DNA from: Methanobacteriota archaeon
GTDB taxonomy: Archaea > Thermoplasmatota > DTKX01 > VGTL01
DNA length: 64,000 bases
Assembly: GCA_016874675.1 (NCBI GenBank)
Contig: VGTL01000004.1
Span: 4,949 to 68,948 of the forward strand
Reading direction: 5' to 3'
Positions 45,321 through 55,504 of this stretch are shown here, in pieces (within the stretch, counting starts at the first letter, position 1; every line of letters starts with the position of its first letter). Below the pieces are notes generated by a model. The model ran no database searches. It was given only the letters and a program-made list of their open reading frames with translations, and was not told the DNA's origin. A program made the translations under genes and the position numbers.

Positions 45321-45345
45321 CTCATTTCGATCGGAGGCGCCGTCC

Positions 45346-45987
45346 TTGAGGATATGCGAGGTCTTTCTCTCCATCCAGGGCGAGGGCCTGGACATCGGCC
45401 TGCCCACGGTCTTCGTCCGGACCACGGGCTGCAACCTGCGCTGCAGCTGGTGCGACACGAAGTACGCCTACGAGGGCGGGGCCGAGTGGTCATTGGACAG
45501 CCTGGAGGACAGGATCCGTACGCACAAGGCCCGGAGGGTGTGCCTCACCGGGGGAGAGCCGCTGCTCCAGAAGGACGCGGCCGAGCTCGTGTCGCGGCTT
45601 CTTGGTGCCGGCTACGACGTTTCGGTGGAGACCAACGGCTCGCTGCCCGTCGGGGAGCTTTTGGCGCTCGACCGGGCCGGCCGGTTGCGCGTCTTGATGG
45701 ACATCAAGTGCCCGTCGTCGAAGATGCACCGCCGGATGCGCCTGGAGAACCCGGGCGCCCTGCGCGAGCGGGACCAGGTCAAGTTCGTCTTGCGCGACCT
45801 GCGGGACTACGCCTTCGCCCGGGAGTTCCTGAAGGGGCCCCCGACCAGGGCGGCGGTGGTCTTCCAGCCCGTTTGGGGCAGGAGCGGGGCGCGCATCGCC
45901 GAGGCGGTCCTGAGGGACGGGCTGGACGTGCGGGTGCTCGTCCAGCTGCACAAGGTGCTCTGGGGCTCACGGACCAGGGGACGCTGA
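45346..45987 (+). CDS. queE: 7-carboxy-7-deazaguanine synthase (radical SAM)
   Basis: EVFLSIQGEG, GCNLRCSWCDT, TGGEPLLQ, ETNGS; TTG start with GGAGG upstream. Confidence 0.92.
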   Translation: MRICEVFLSIQGEGLDIGLPTVFVRTTGCNLRCSWCDTKYAYEGGAEWSLDSLEDRIRTHKARRVCLTGGEPLLQKDAAELVSRLLGAGYDVSVETNGSLPVGELLALDRAGRLRVLMDIKCPSSKMHRRMRLENPGALRERDQVKFVLRDLRDYAFAREFLKGPPTRAAVVFQPVWGRSGARIAEAVLRDGLDVRVLVQLHKVLWGSRTRGR

Positions 45988-46050
45988 GGAACGAAGGCAG
46001 CGGGCAGCGGACAGAAAAGCAGATATAACCCGCCCGGCGGTCCGGTCACC

Positions 46051-47055
46051 ATGACCGCCGAAAAGATGAAGGCGGGCGCCCTCAACGCCCTCAAGACCAT
46101 ACTGAAGGTCGGGAAGAGGTCCACGGTCCTGGTCGTGACGGACGGGCCCAAGCTGCCCATCGGCCAGGCGTTCGACGCCGCCGCCCGCGAGCTCGGGGCA
46201 GAGACGTTCATGTACAAGCTACCGGCCGAGCGCCCGATCAAGGCGCTTCCGTCGGACCTCCCGGAGCTCGTCGACAGCTACAAGCCCCGCGCCGCCGACA
46301 CCGTGTTCATCAACGCCTTCTCGGGACTGGCCGAGGAGACGCCCGTCCGCATCCAGCTCATCAAGCGAGAGATGGCGGTCGGCGCCAAGGTGGGCCACGC
46401 CCCCGGCATCACCGCCGACATGATGACCCGCGGCCCGATGAACGTCGACTACAGGGCAATCGCCAGATCGGCCTGGAGGCTGATGAAGCGCTTCGAGGGC
46501 GCCCGGAGCGTCCGCATCACGGCCCCCGGGGGGACCGACCTCACGCTGGACATCTCCGGCCGGGACTTCGAGACCGATCTCGAGATAAAGAACGGGAGCA
46601 TGGGCAACCTCCCCGCCGGCGAGATCTGGTGCGGCCCGGTGGAGGACCGCGGGAGCGGCCTCATCGTCGTCGACGGCTCCGTCGGCGACCTGGGCCAGAT
46701 GAGAAAGCCCCTGAGGATATCGGTCGTGGACGGCCGCGTCGACGACCTCCGCGGCGGGACGCCGGCCGTGCTCAGGAGGCTAGACGCGCTCATGAAGGTC
46801 GACGAGCAGGCGCGCGTCATCGGCGAGCTCGGGATAGGCCTCAACCCCGGGGCGCGCATCACGGGCAACCTGCTCGAGGACGAGAAGGCCGGCGGTACCG
46901 CCCACATCGCCTTCGGCAACAACACCGACATGCCCGGCGGGAAGAACAGCTCCGGGACGCACCGCGACTTCCTCTTCCACAGGCCCACCATCGAGGTCAC
47001 CTACGAGGACGGCCGGACCGAGACCCTTATCGAGGACGGGGAAGTGACGAGATAG
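46051..47055 (+). CDS. M29-family aminopeptidase-like protein
   Basis: HAPGIT, PGGTDL, GNLPAGE, IGELGIGLNP, LEDEKAGGTAHIAFG, HRD. Confidence 0.85.
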   Translation: MTAEKMKAGALNALKTILKVGKRSTVLVVTDGPKLPIGQAFDAAARELGAETFMYKLPAERPIKALPSDLPELVDSYKPRAADTVFINAFSGLAEETPVRIQLIKREMAVGAKVGHAPGITADMMTRGPMNVDYRAIARSAWRLMKRFEGARSVRITAPGGTDLTLDISGRDFETDLEIKNGSMGNLPAGEIWCGPVEDRGSGLIVVDGSVGDLGQMRKPLRISVVDGRVDDLRGGTPAVLRRLDALMKVDEQARVIGELGIGLNPGARITGNLLEDEKAGGTAHIAFGNNTDMPGGKNSSGTHRDFLFHRPTIEVTYEDGRTETLIEDGEVTR

Positions 47056-47078
47056 CATTGCTGTGGATTAACTGCGAA

Positions 47079-47240
47079 AAGGCAGGAAGGCAGGAAGGCA
47101 GCAAGGCAGCAAGGGGGGCAGGAAGGCAGCAAGGCAGGAAGGCAGCAAGGCAGGAAGGGGGACGGGATCCAGCGTTCCAGCCCCCCGTCCCCTTCCTGCC
47201 TTGCTCCCTTTCTGCCCCCCTGCCTCCCTTCCTGCCTTGC
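47079..47240. repeat. Family D palindromic element
   Basis: GGCAG(G/C)AA arm, centre with CAGCGTTCC, inverted arm. Confidence 0.85.
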
Positions 47241-47302
47241 TCCATCGTTATTGAAAAAACTATATCTATTCGTTAATACATGACAACCATTAGTTAACAA
47301 CC

Positions 47303-47968
47303 GTGACGGCCATGCCCAAGGAGCCCGAGCTCACCATAGACGAGCTCCTGGCGGTGCTGGGGAACCCTCTCCGCCGGGAGATACTCTCGCGCATCGCCCA
47401 GGAGACCAGCTACCCGCTCCAGCTCTCCAGGGAGCTCGGGGTGAGCCAGCAGGCCGTCATGAAGCACCTTGCGGTGCTGCGCCGGTACAGCCTCGTGCGC
47501 TGCACCGACCCAAAGACCAACACCCTGGGCCCCCCGAGGAAGTGCTACGTCAGCACCGGGCAGTTCTCCATCCGGATAGACTTCGGCCCAAGCGAGCTCG
47601 AGACGCGCCTGATACGCGTCAAGGCCGGGCCGGGGGGGGCGCTGTCACCCCTGGAAGCGGACTTTCACAGGGCCGCCGGGCTGGAGACCCCGGCCGACCG
47701 GTTGCGCTCCTACAAGGAGACACTCTCCAAGGTGCACGACGAGGTGGAGCGGCTGGAGGAGAGGCGCATCGCCCTCATGCGCCTCAGGCAGGAGATACTC
47801 AAGCAGGCCTACGGGGAGATCGCCGGCCTGAGCCCCGACCAGCAGGAGAGGCGGCTCCTTTACATGCTCACCGGGAACCCGGCCACCCCGGTGGACGACA
47901 TGGCCCGGACGCTGAAGATGCAGACCGAGGCGCTCCTCCGGGTGTACCGCGAGTTCTTCGAGGAGTAG
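47303..47968 (+). CDS. ArsR-family HTH transcriptional regulator with coiled coil
   Basis: LGNPLRREIL..YPLQLSRELGVSQQAVMKHL; alternative start 47312. Confidence 0.85.
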   Translation: MTAMPKEPELTIDELLAVLGNPLRREILSRIAQETSYPLQLSRELGVSQQAVMKHLAVLRRYSLVRCTDPKTNTLGPPRKCYVSTGQFSIRIDFGPSELETRLIRVKAGPGGALSPLEADFHRAAGLETPADRLRSYKETLSKVHDEVERLEERRIALMRLRQEILKQAYGEIAGLSPDQQERRLLYMLTGNPATPVDDMARTLKMQTEALLRVYREFFEE

Positions 47969-47979
47969 CCCGGGGCACC

Positions 47980-50900
47980 TCAGCTCTTGAGCCGCCTCAT
48001 GATGTCCTCGAGGCTGCGGTCGACATCGGGGGTCTTGCGGGCGCGGGCGTCCTCCTCCTCCCAGGGCACCGCCTCCTCGCTCATCCCCGGCTCCATCGGC
48101 GGCGCCTCGCCCCCGGGCGTTTCCTCGGGCTCGGGCACGGACGGCAGGTGGGGGCCGGTCCCGGCGGTCCCGCGACGGGGCGGGGCGGCGTCCCTCCGGG
48201 CGCCCTCGAGCCAGGGCGCCGGCCGGTAGCCCTGCTCCCTATCGGCGGGCTCGGGCGGGTGGTAGGCCTCGTCCGGGCGGGCGTACTCGGGCGGCGGCAG
48301 GTCCACCCGGACCGAAGGCCGCGGGGCCGGCGAGGCGGCCGGGCGCGGCGGGGCCGGCTCCTCCGTGCCCGGGCGGCCCCCGGTCCCCCGGGGGGCCAGC
48401 TCGTCGGGGACGTAGTACCTCCCGGGCTCGGGCTCCTCCGGGGCCAGCACCACCACGCGCTCCTTCCTCCGGCGGCGTCCGACCGCCAGGCCGGCGACCG
48501 CGCCGATGATGAGCCCCGCCAGGATCCCCCCGACCAGCAGGGGCGTCTCCTCCTCGGAGATGGAGAGCGCGCCCGTGCGGGTGACCTGAATAATCTTCGT
48601 GGTCGGGTTGCCCGCGGCGTCGACGGAGGTGACCACGATGGAGTTCTCGCCCTCCGTGAGCGGTATCTCGGCGGTGAACCGGCCCGACCGGTCCATCTGG
48701 GCGGCCACGCCGTTGACCATGACGGAGGAGCCCGCGTCGGTGTTGCCCCGGACCATGACCTTGGAATCGGCGATGCGGCTGCCGCTGGTCGGGCTCGTGA
48801 TGACCACCACGGGCGGCACCTGGTCCAGAGTGACCGTCCGGTTGAGCGTTGCGGCGTTGCCGGCGGCGTCCACGGCCCTGACGGTGACGGTGTTGTCCCC
48901 CGAGACCAGCCTCACCGCATGGGCGAAGCTGCCGTTGGTGTTCACCGCCGCGACGCCGTTGACGGTGACCGCCGCCCCGGGCTCGGTGACGCCGGTGACG
49001 GAGAGGGAGGCCACGTTGGTCGTGAGGCCCTCCGGCGGCGAGACGAGCTGCAGGAAGGGCGGCCGGGTGTCCAGCGCAACCGAGAGCACCACCGTGGCGC
49101 GGTTTTGGGCCTCGTCGGCCGCGACCACCTCTATGCGGTTCTCGCCCTCGGCGAGGTGGAGCACCACCCGGAACCTGCCCTGGAGCACCTCCGCGGTGAC
49201 GTTGCCCGCCGAGACCGAGACGCCGTCAGTCCCTCCCTCCACCAGAAGCTCGCGGCGGTTGGTCAGGAGGGGAAGGTCCGGGGCCGGGCTCTCCACGACG
49301 AGCTTGGGGGGCACGGTGTCCCTGCGGATGGAGACGGAGAGGTTTTGGAAGTTTCCGGCGGCGTCCGTGACCCGGACCTCCAGTAGGTTGGTCCCCTCGG
49401 CCAGCGGGACCATCACGGAGAAGGCGCCGTCCGGGCCGGGAGTGTACTGGTCGCCGGCGATGACGAGCGACGCGCCCGGCTCGGTCCGGCCGCGGAAGGG
49501 CACGACCGGCGAGGCGACCGTGGAGCCGTTCTTGGGCGAATCCAGATCGAGCGGCGGCGCCACGGTGTCGATGTCGATGGCCACCGTCACGGTCGCCGAG
49601 TTGCCGGTGGCGTCGCGGGCGGTGACCGCCAGGACGTGGTGACCGTCGGTGAGGTCCAAGACGAACTCGAAGCGGCCCTCGCTGTCCACGTCCGTGGCGT
49701 TCTCGCGGACGCTGACGTTCGAGAAGGGCTCGGCCCAGCCGGAGACTGTGACCGTGCCGTCGTTGAGCAGGGCCCCGTCCGCCGGCCCGTCGAGCTCGAG
49801 CGAGATGACCGTGTCGACCGTGACCGCCAGCGCGGCCTCCCCGGCGCTGCCGGCGACGTCGTAGGCCCTGACCCTGACGTTGTGCCTGCCGTCGGCCAGG
49901 TCCAGCGTGAAGGCCCACTCCTCCAATCCCTCCAGGAGGGTCCAGTTGCCCCCGTCCACCAGGCGCTCGACGCGCAGGAGGCCCGATGCGAAGTCCACCG
50001 CCCTCCCGGAGAAATCGATGCGGGTCCGGTTGGTCAGGAGGTTCCCGGGCGGCGAGACAATCGTGACGACGGGCGGGTCGGGGTCGGAGAGGGTGAGCCT
50101 CACGGTCTGGTTGTTGGAGCGGATGTCGCGCTTTTCGCTCTTGCGGACGCCGCTCTTGGAGGCCGAGAACTCGAAGCGGGTGTAGTTCTCCCAGAGCATT
50201 TGGGTGCGGGAGTACTCCTGGAGCGGGATGCCGAAAAGCTCTCCCCTCCGGTCCACCCGGCCGTCGAAAACCGTGTCGTTTCGGGCGTTGGCGATGGTCA
50301 GGGTGGCATTGGCGACCCGGGCGGCGTTCTGCCACTGCACGGCGACGTTGGTGTACCACCAGACGTTGATCCGGCTCGTGGGCTCCCGGAACGTGACGCG
50401 GTACTGGTCGAAGAGGGTGTTGTAGAGGTCGAGCAGGCAGTTGCCCCCCGTGTCCAGGTAGATGTAGCTCGAGCTGGAGGCACCGGTCGTCACCGTCGAG
50501 TTGTGGGACTTGACCGTGGCGTTGCTCGAGGCGTATATGGCGTAGCTGCGCGTGGCGTAGATGCTGGAGCCGTGGAGCTCGAGCGAGCCCTCGATGACCA
50601 GGGCCCCGTAGTAGTTTCTCGCCTCCACCCAGCTCTCCCGCAGGACGGCCCGGGCACCGTAGTAGTAGATGTAGAGCCCGTAGGTTGCGGCCGTCACGCT
50701 GGTGCGCTCCAGGAGGACCGACGCCCCGTAGTAGGCCAGCACGCCGGCCCGCTCGCTGGAGCTGACGTTGCAGCGGTAAAGCTCGACGCGGCCCCGGTTG
50801 GAGTAGATGCCGTCGTAGCGGGAGCCGATGTCGCAGTTTACGGCCGAGAGGGACCCCGACGAGGCGGCGAGGGCGCCGTAGCTGTTGCGGGCGGTCATTG

Positions 50901-52095
50901 TGCAGTTGTCGAGCGCAAGGGAGCCGTAGGTGTTGGAGTAGGCGCCGTAGCCGCTCTCTGAGACCATGGAGCACCAGGATACGGAGACAGCGGCCCCCGA
51001 GGCGATGACGGGTGCGTCGTTCACGCTGGACAGGGTGGAGCGCGCCAATCGGGGCGAGGAGCTGCCCGAGGCGTAGACCGCCGGCCGGTAGGTGCAGCTC
51101 ATCTCGCATTGCTCTATCAGAGGCGAGGCGCCGTCAGTGCACACCACTCCGTTGCCGTAGTCGGGGCTCGAGAAGACGTTTCGCTCGCAGACGCCGGCGC
51201 TGTACTCGTTGTAACGTACGCCCCCGCCGTTGTACCAGTCCGACTGGCCGTTGCGGGTGAAGGTGCAGTCGCGTATCTCGGGGGTGCTGTAGAGCGTCGC
51301 GTAGATGCCGTTGTAGTAGTTGTCCTTGAAAGTGCAGTTCTCGACCCGGCCGCCGCGGCAGTAGGAGAGGTACACGCCGTAGTAGTGGTTCGAGAAGGCG
51401 CAGCGCGATATCCAGGGGTCGGCGCCGGAGGCCACGATGCCGTACGAGCTTCCGGTGAGGTCGCTGCCCAGGATCGAGGGCGCGCCCCTGGCGATGTATA
51501 TCCCGTAGGAGCCGATGCTGCGGAACAGGCTGTTGCTCACCCGGGGCGCCGCGCCGTCGACGTACACGCCGTAGGTGCTGTTGGTGATGGTGCACGAGTC
51601 CATGGTTGCGTTGTCCGAGGCGACGTAGATGCCGTTGTTCTCGGCCGGGCCGTTGCTGTAGGTGTGCCCGGCGTGGCTCACGGTGGAGTTGCCGAGGCTC
51701 GCGAACGCCCCGGCCCTTATCCGGAAGTTGTACCGCAGCGAGGGGTTGGAGCAGGAGACGGTGGAGCCGCTCTTGAGAACGAGCGTCCCCCCGGATTGCA
51801 CCTCTATCTGGAACTGGCCGTTCTGGTCCATCCTCATCACGAGGTCGACATTGCTCAGGGTCAGGCTGGCGCCGTTCCGGACGACGAGGTTGCCGCGGTC
51901 GAGCGTTATGGCCACGTTGCTGTAGGAGCGAACATCGGTCACGGTCCAGTCGCCGCTGACCGTCCCGCCCGACGAGGGCGGGTCGTTGATGGCGGCCGCC
52001 GGCTCCACGGCCGCGAGGAGACCGCAAACGACCAGCGCCGCTGCCACCCACTTTCTTGCGCCCAGCAAGATACCCCCGGCCCGTGTTTCCGTCAA
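47980..52095 (-). CDS. Large surface protein: beta-helix, Ig-like repeats, TM and Pro-rich tail
   Basis: Signal peptide; YG(I/V)Y beta-helix repeats; repeated DTxPP...D.AGN modules; TM LLVGGILAGLIIGAVAGLAV. Confidence 0.85.
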   Translation of the reverse strand: MTETRAGGILLGARKWVAAALVVCGLLAAVEPAAAINDPPSSGGTVSGDWTVTDVRSYSNVAITLDRGNLVVRNGASLTLSNVDLVMRMDQNGQFQIEVQSGGTLVLKSGSTVSCSNPSLRYNFRIRAGAFASLGNSTVSHAGHTYSNGPAENNGIYVASDNATMDSCTITNSTYGVYVDGAAPRVSNSLFRSIGSYGIYIARGAPSILGSDLTGSSYGIVASGADPWISRCAFSNHYYGVYLSYCRGGRVENCTFKDNYYNGIYATLYSTPEIRDCTFTRNGQSDWYNGGGVRYNEYSAGVCERNVFSSPDYGNGVVCTDGASPLIEQCEMSCTYRPAVYASGSSSPRLARSTLSSVNDAPVIASGAAVSVSWCSMVSESGYGAYSNTYGSLALDNCTMTARNSYGALAASSGSLSAVNCDIGSRYDGIYSNRGRVELYRCNVSSSERAGVLAYYGASVLLERTSVTAATYGLYIYYYGARAVLRESWVEARNYYGALVIEGSLELHGSSIYATRSYAIYASSNATVKSHNSTVTTGASSSSYIYLDTGGNCLLDLYNTLFDQYRVTFREPTSRINVWWYTNVAVQWQNAARVANATLTIANARNDTVFDGRVDRRGELFGIPLQEYSRTQMLWENYTRFEFSASKSGVRKSEKRDIRSNNQTVRLTLSDPDPPVVTIVSPPGNLLTNRTRIDFSGRAVDFASGLLRVERLVDGGNWTLLEGLEEWAFTLDLADGRHNVRVRAYDVAGSAGEAALAVTVDTVISLELDGPADGALLNDGTVTVSGWAEPFSNVSVRENATDVDSEGRFEFVLDLTDGHHVLAVTARDATGNSATVTVAIDIDTVAPPLDLDSPKNGSTVASPVVPFRGRTEPGASLVIAGDQYTPGPDGAFSVMVPLAEGTNLLEVRVTDAAGNFQNLSVSIRRDTVPPKLVVESPAPDLPLLTNRRELLVEGGTDGVSVSAGNVTAEVLQGRFRVVLHLAEGENRIEVVAADEAQNRATVVLSVALDTRPPFLQLVSPPEGLTTNVASLSVTGVTEPGAAVTVNGVAAVNTNGSFAHAVRLVSGDNTVTVRAVDAAGNAATLNRTVTLDQVPPVVVITSPTSGSRIADSKVMVRGNTDAGSSVMVNGVAAQMDRSGRFTAEIPLTEGENSIVVTSVDAAGNPTTKIIQVTRTGALSISEEETPLLVGGILAGLIIGAVAGLAVGRRRRKERVVVLAPEEPEPGRYYVPDELAPRGTGGRPGTEEPAPPRPAASPAPRPSVRVDLPPPEYARPDEAYHPPEPADREQGYRPAPWLEGARRDAAPPRRGTAGTGPHLPSVPEPEETPGGEAPPMEPGMSEEAVPWEEEDARARKTPDVDRSLEDIMRRLKS

Positions 52096-52173
52096 TAATG
52101 AGTCTTCCCCGATATAATCCCTTTGGTGCCGGAAGGAGCATCTTTAATATCCGGCAAGTGGCTAGTCCGCGAG

Positions 52174-52413
52174 ATGAAGGCCCCGGACCTCGCCCGGGCG
52201 GGGCAGGCGCTGGTCTTCCTGGGCGGCATCATGGTGCTCGTCTTCATCGGCGCGGCATTGCTCTCCGGGCCGGCCCGGGAGGGAGGCTGGGAGGGCGCCT
52301 GGTTCCGCCCGGGCTCCCAGTTCTCGCTGTGCCCCGCGTTGGGGCTCTTGCTCCTCGTCTCGGGGCTGGCCCTCTACATCGCCGGCCGCGGCTGGCGCCG
52401 GGAGGGCGGGTGA
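52174..52413 (+). CDS. Small two-TM membrane protein
   Basis: Two hydrophobic helices; directly upstream of hflX. Confidence 0.55.
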   Translation: MKAPDLARAGQALVFLGGIMVLVFIGAALLSGPAREGGWEGAWFRPGSQFSLCPALGLLLLVSGLALYIAGRGWRREGG

Positions 52414-52426
52414 ATACATATTAATC

Positions 52427-53737
52427 GTGGCGGGTCGATTTCCTCCCGTGGAAGAGGTGCCAAGGGAGGCGCTGCTCCTTTCGCCGCACGGCGCCACAGC
52501 CGAGACGGAGGCTCTGGCCCGCTCCGCCGGGCTGAGGGTGGCCGCCACCTTCCGGCAGAACGTGCGCCGGCCGGACCCCAGGTACTTCCTGGGCGAGGGG
52601 AAGGTCCGAGAGATCGCCGGCTTCGTGGAGGCGGGTGGCGGAGGCGACGGCGGCGGCGGGCCATCGCGCCGGCCCGCCCTGGCGGTCTTCGACGGCGACC
52701 TCAAGCCCACCCAGGTGTTCCACCTGGAGAAGGCGCTCGGGGTGCCGGTCTTCGACCGGACCCGGCTCATCCTCGAGATATTCACGCGGCGGGCCAGGAG
52801 CCCCGAGGCGCGCCTGCAGGTCGAGCTCGCCCGCCTGCAGTACGACGTCCCGCTGGTGCGCGAGTACATCCACCGGACCCGCACGGGCGAGCACCCCGGC
52901 CTCTTCTTCGCCGGCGGCGCCTACCAGGTCGACGACTACCACCGCGTGATAAAGGGCCGGATGGCGCGGATAAGGCGGGAGCTGGCCCGGATAGGCCAAG
53001 AGCGCGCCCAGAGACGGAAGACCCGCCGCCGGGGCGGCCAGGCCCTGCTGGCGCTGGCCGGCTACACCAACGCCGGAAAGAGCGCCCTCTTCCGGGAGCT
53101 CTGCGACGAGAGCGTCCCCGTCGGCGACGAGCTCTTCACGACGCTCTCCACGACGACCCGCCGGCTGCGCTTCCCGCTCCAGGGCTCCCAGGCGCTGCTC
53201 ACCGACACCGTCGGGTTCATACGGGACCTGCCCCCCTGGCTCGTGGAGGCGTTCCTGTCCACGCTCGAGGAGGTGTTCCTCTCGGACGCGATAATCCTGG
53301 TCCTGGACCTCTCGGACCCGCCGGACGAGGCCCTCTCCAAGCTCGAGACCACCCTGGGCATCCTGCGCAAGGGGGGGCGGGACATACCGCTCGTGGCGGC
53401 CTTCAACAAGGTGGATCTTTTGGACCGGGAGGAGGCGGAGCGCCGGGCGGGCGCGCTGCTTGCGGCCCACGGGCTTCCCCGCTTCGGCCTGGTGTCGGCC
53501 GTTTCGGGCGAGGGCCTGCCGGGGCTCGTGCGGACGGTGCTGTCGTCGCTTGGTGACTTCTTCTTCGGGTCGGTGAGCGGGCCGGCCGGGGAGGTCCTCG
53601 CCCTCGGGGCCGAGGGGATCAGGCCGGAGCCGGCCACAGGCGACGGGACGGCGACCGCCCGGCCGGTGCTCCTTCGGAACTGGAAGCTCCAGGAGCTCTC
53701 CGGGAGGCACCCAACGCTCGCGTTCTCCCGCGAGTAA
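52427..53737 (+). CDS. hflX: GTPase HflX
   Basis: EARLQVELARLQY, GYTNAGKS, LFTTLSTTTR, DTVGFI, NKVD. Confidence 0.93.
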   Translation: MAGRFPPVEEVPREALLLSPHGATAETEALARSAGLRVAATFRQNVRRPDPRYFLGEGKVREIAGFVEAGGGGDGGGGPSRRPALAVFDGDLKPTQVFHLEKALGVPVFDRTRLILEIFTRRARSPEARLQVELARLQYDVPLVREYIHRTRTGEHPGLFFAGGAYQVDDYHRVIKGRMARIRRELARIGQERAQRRKTRRRGGQALLALAGYTNAGKSALFRELCDESVPVGDELFTTLSTTTRRLRFPLQGSQALLTDTVGFIRDLPPWLVEAFLSTLEEVFLSDAIILVLDLSDPPDEALSKLETTLGILRKGGRDIPLVAAFNKVDLLDREEAERRAGALLAAHGLPRFGLVSAVSGEGLPGLVRTVLSSLGDFFFGSVSGPAGEVLALGAEGIRPEPATGDGTATARPVLLRNWKLQELSGRHPTLAFSRE

Positions 53738-53776
53738 AAGCTTTTAATAACGCCCAGGCCGTTCCTCGCTGGAGCG

Positions 53777-55450
53777 GTGGCCCGCATGTGCGGCAAGTTC
53801 CTGATAGAGCAGGTGGAGGAGGAGAAGCAGCAGAGGGCGCGGGACGAGGCGCGGCGGCCCGCCCTCCGGCAGCGCCTCGAGCACTGGCGCTCCCGCGGCT
53901 ACGAGGTCTCCGGCCTGGCCCGGGCCGTCGAGGGCGACGTGCCCTCGGCCGAGCGGGCGATGGCGGAGTTCGAGACCGGCGTCCGGAGGCTCGCGGACGC
54001 CCAGGTCAGGCTCAACGCGCTGGACGTGATGGGGTTCCCCGGAGAGGTGCTGGCCATCCGCCAGAGGCTCGCCGACCCCGGGCGGGCCGCCGAGGCCGAA
54101 ATACTCCTGGCCGAGCTCGCCGACAAGATAAAGGCAAGGAAGGAGGAGGAGCGGAGGAGGCGCCACGAGGAGGCGCTGAAGGAGAAGGCCGCCAGGATGG
54201 CCTCCTACCGCCAGCGCGTCGCCGCCTGGTCCGAGAAGGGCTACTCCGTGAAGCGGCTGGACGGGCTGCTCGACGACCCCGAATCCGACAGCGTCACCAT
54301 CGAAAAGAGGCTCTCGGAGTATGACCGGGACGTCCAGCGGCTCCTGGAGCTTCGCAGGGCGCTCGACGGCGTGCGGGCGGTCGCCACGGAGGCCGAGCTC
54401 GCAGAGGCCGAAAGGGAGCTCTCCGATCCCGACGCCCTGGCCCCGCTCCACGCCCGGGTGGACTCCCTCTCGGAGAGGTTCTACCAGAAGAAGTCCGAGG
54501 ACCAAAAGCGCGCCGCCCTCCGGGCCCGCCTGGAGGAGTACCGGCAGAAGGGCTACAAGGTGGCCCGGCTCGAGGGCGCTCCCGACCGGCCGCTCCCGGA
54601 GGCCGAGGCCGCCTTCGCCTCCTACGACCGGGACGTGGGCGCCCTCTTCGGTCTCTGGGACCGGCTCCGGGCGCTGGACCGCTCGCTCTTCCCCGACGAG
54701 TGGGAGGCGGCGCGCGGCCGGATGAACGACCCCGGCCAGGTGGAGGAGGTCCGCAAGGCGGTGGAGGCGCTCGAGCGGAGGCAGGCCGCCGAATCCGGGC
54801 GCCGGGCCGAGGAGGACCGCCGGCTCGCGCTGGAGGCCAAGCAGTTCGTCGCCGGCGTGTTCGAGAAGATGAGGGCCGGGGCCCCCGACTACAACCCGCT
54901 CGGGTTCTACACGAGGGAGGCCCGCTGGGAGCCGCACCTTGCGCCCGACGGGATGTTCGCCAAGGGCGAGGCGCGCTCGGGGCTCATCTCGAAGAGCGCG
55001 GCCGTGGTGGCGTGCGGTTTCGCGCCGTCGCTCCAGAAGCAGGCCGTGATGAACGAGGCCGAGTCGGCGCGCTCGTCGGAGCAGTTCGTCGCCCACTGCT
55101 TCGTGATGAATCGGGTGGCGCCGGAGCTCGCCTCGATGGCGCGCGCTTTTTCGCACCCCAACCTGTCGATATACATACGCGACCTGGCCGCCGGCGAGCT
55201 CGTGTTCAACGCCGAGGACCCCAAGACCCGGGCCTACTCCGAGTGGTTCGTCCCGGCGGCGCCCGTCTCGGGCATGAAGGGGGCGGTGAGGGCCGTCTCC
55301 GACCGCCACGGTATATTCACCCGGGCCGTCCTGCAGGAGATGCTCGGCCTCCAGCCGCGCGAGGCCGACGAGCTCATCCGGGTGTGGACCGGGCGCAACG
55401 AGGTCGTCCAGGTGAGCAAGATACGGGACGAGTACTCCTTCATGGACTGA
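53777..55450 (+). CDS. Helical-repeat protein with a C-terminal alpha/beta domain and putative winged helix
   Basis: Three (W/Y)xxxGYxVxxL repeats; C-terminal FTRAVLQEMLGLQPREADELIRVW. Confidence 0.75.
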   Translation: MARMCGKFLIEQVEEEKQQRARDEARRPALRQRLEHWRSRGYEVSGLARAVEGDVPSAERAMAEFETGVRRLADAQVRLNALDVMGFPGEVLAIRQRLADPGRAAEAEILLAELADKIKARKEEERRRRHEEALKEKAARMASYRQRVAAWSEKGYSVKRLDGLLDDPESDSVTIEKRLSEYDRDVQRLLELRRALDGVRAVATEAELAEAERELSDPDALAPLHARVDSLSERFYQKKSEDQKRAALRARLEEYRQKGYKVARLEGAPDRPLPEAEAAFASYDRDVGALFGLWDRLRALDRSLFPDEWEAARGRMNDPGQVEEVRKAVEALERRQAAESGRRAEEDRRLALEAKQFVAGVFEKMRAGAPDYNPLGFYTREARWEPHLAPDGMFAKGEARSGLISKSAAVVACGFAPSLQKQAVMNEAESARSSEQFVAHCFVMNRVAPELASMARAFSHPNLSIYIRDLAAGELVFNAEDPKTRAYSEWFVPAAPVSGMKGAVRAVSDRHGIFTRAVLQEMLGLQPREADELIRVWTGRNEVVQVSKIRDEYSFMD

Positions 55451-55459
55451 GGGTAAACC

Positions 55460-55466
55460 TTTATAA
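55460..55466 (+). promoter_or_regulatory. TATA-like box for the ESCRT-III/Vps4 pair
   Basis: TTTATAA in the short intergenic gap; SD-like GGGAGG before the ATG. Confidence 0.45.
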
Positions 55467-55504
55467 CCGCCCAATACCTATCATCCCTCAAGGGAGGCCC
55501 CACG

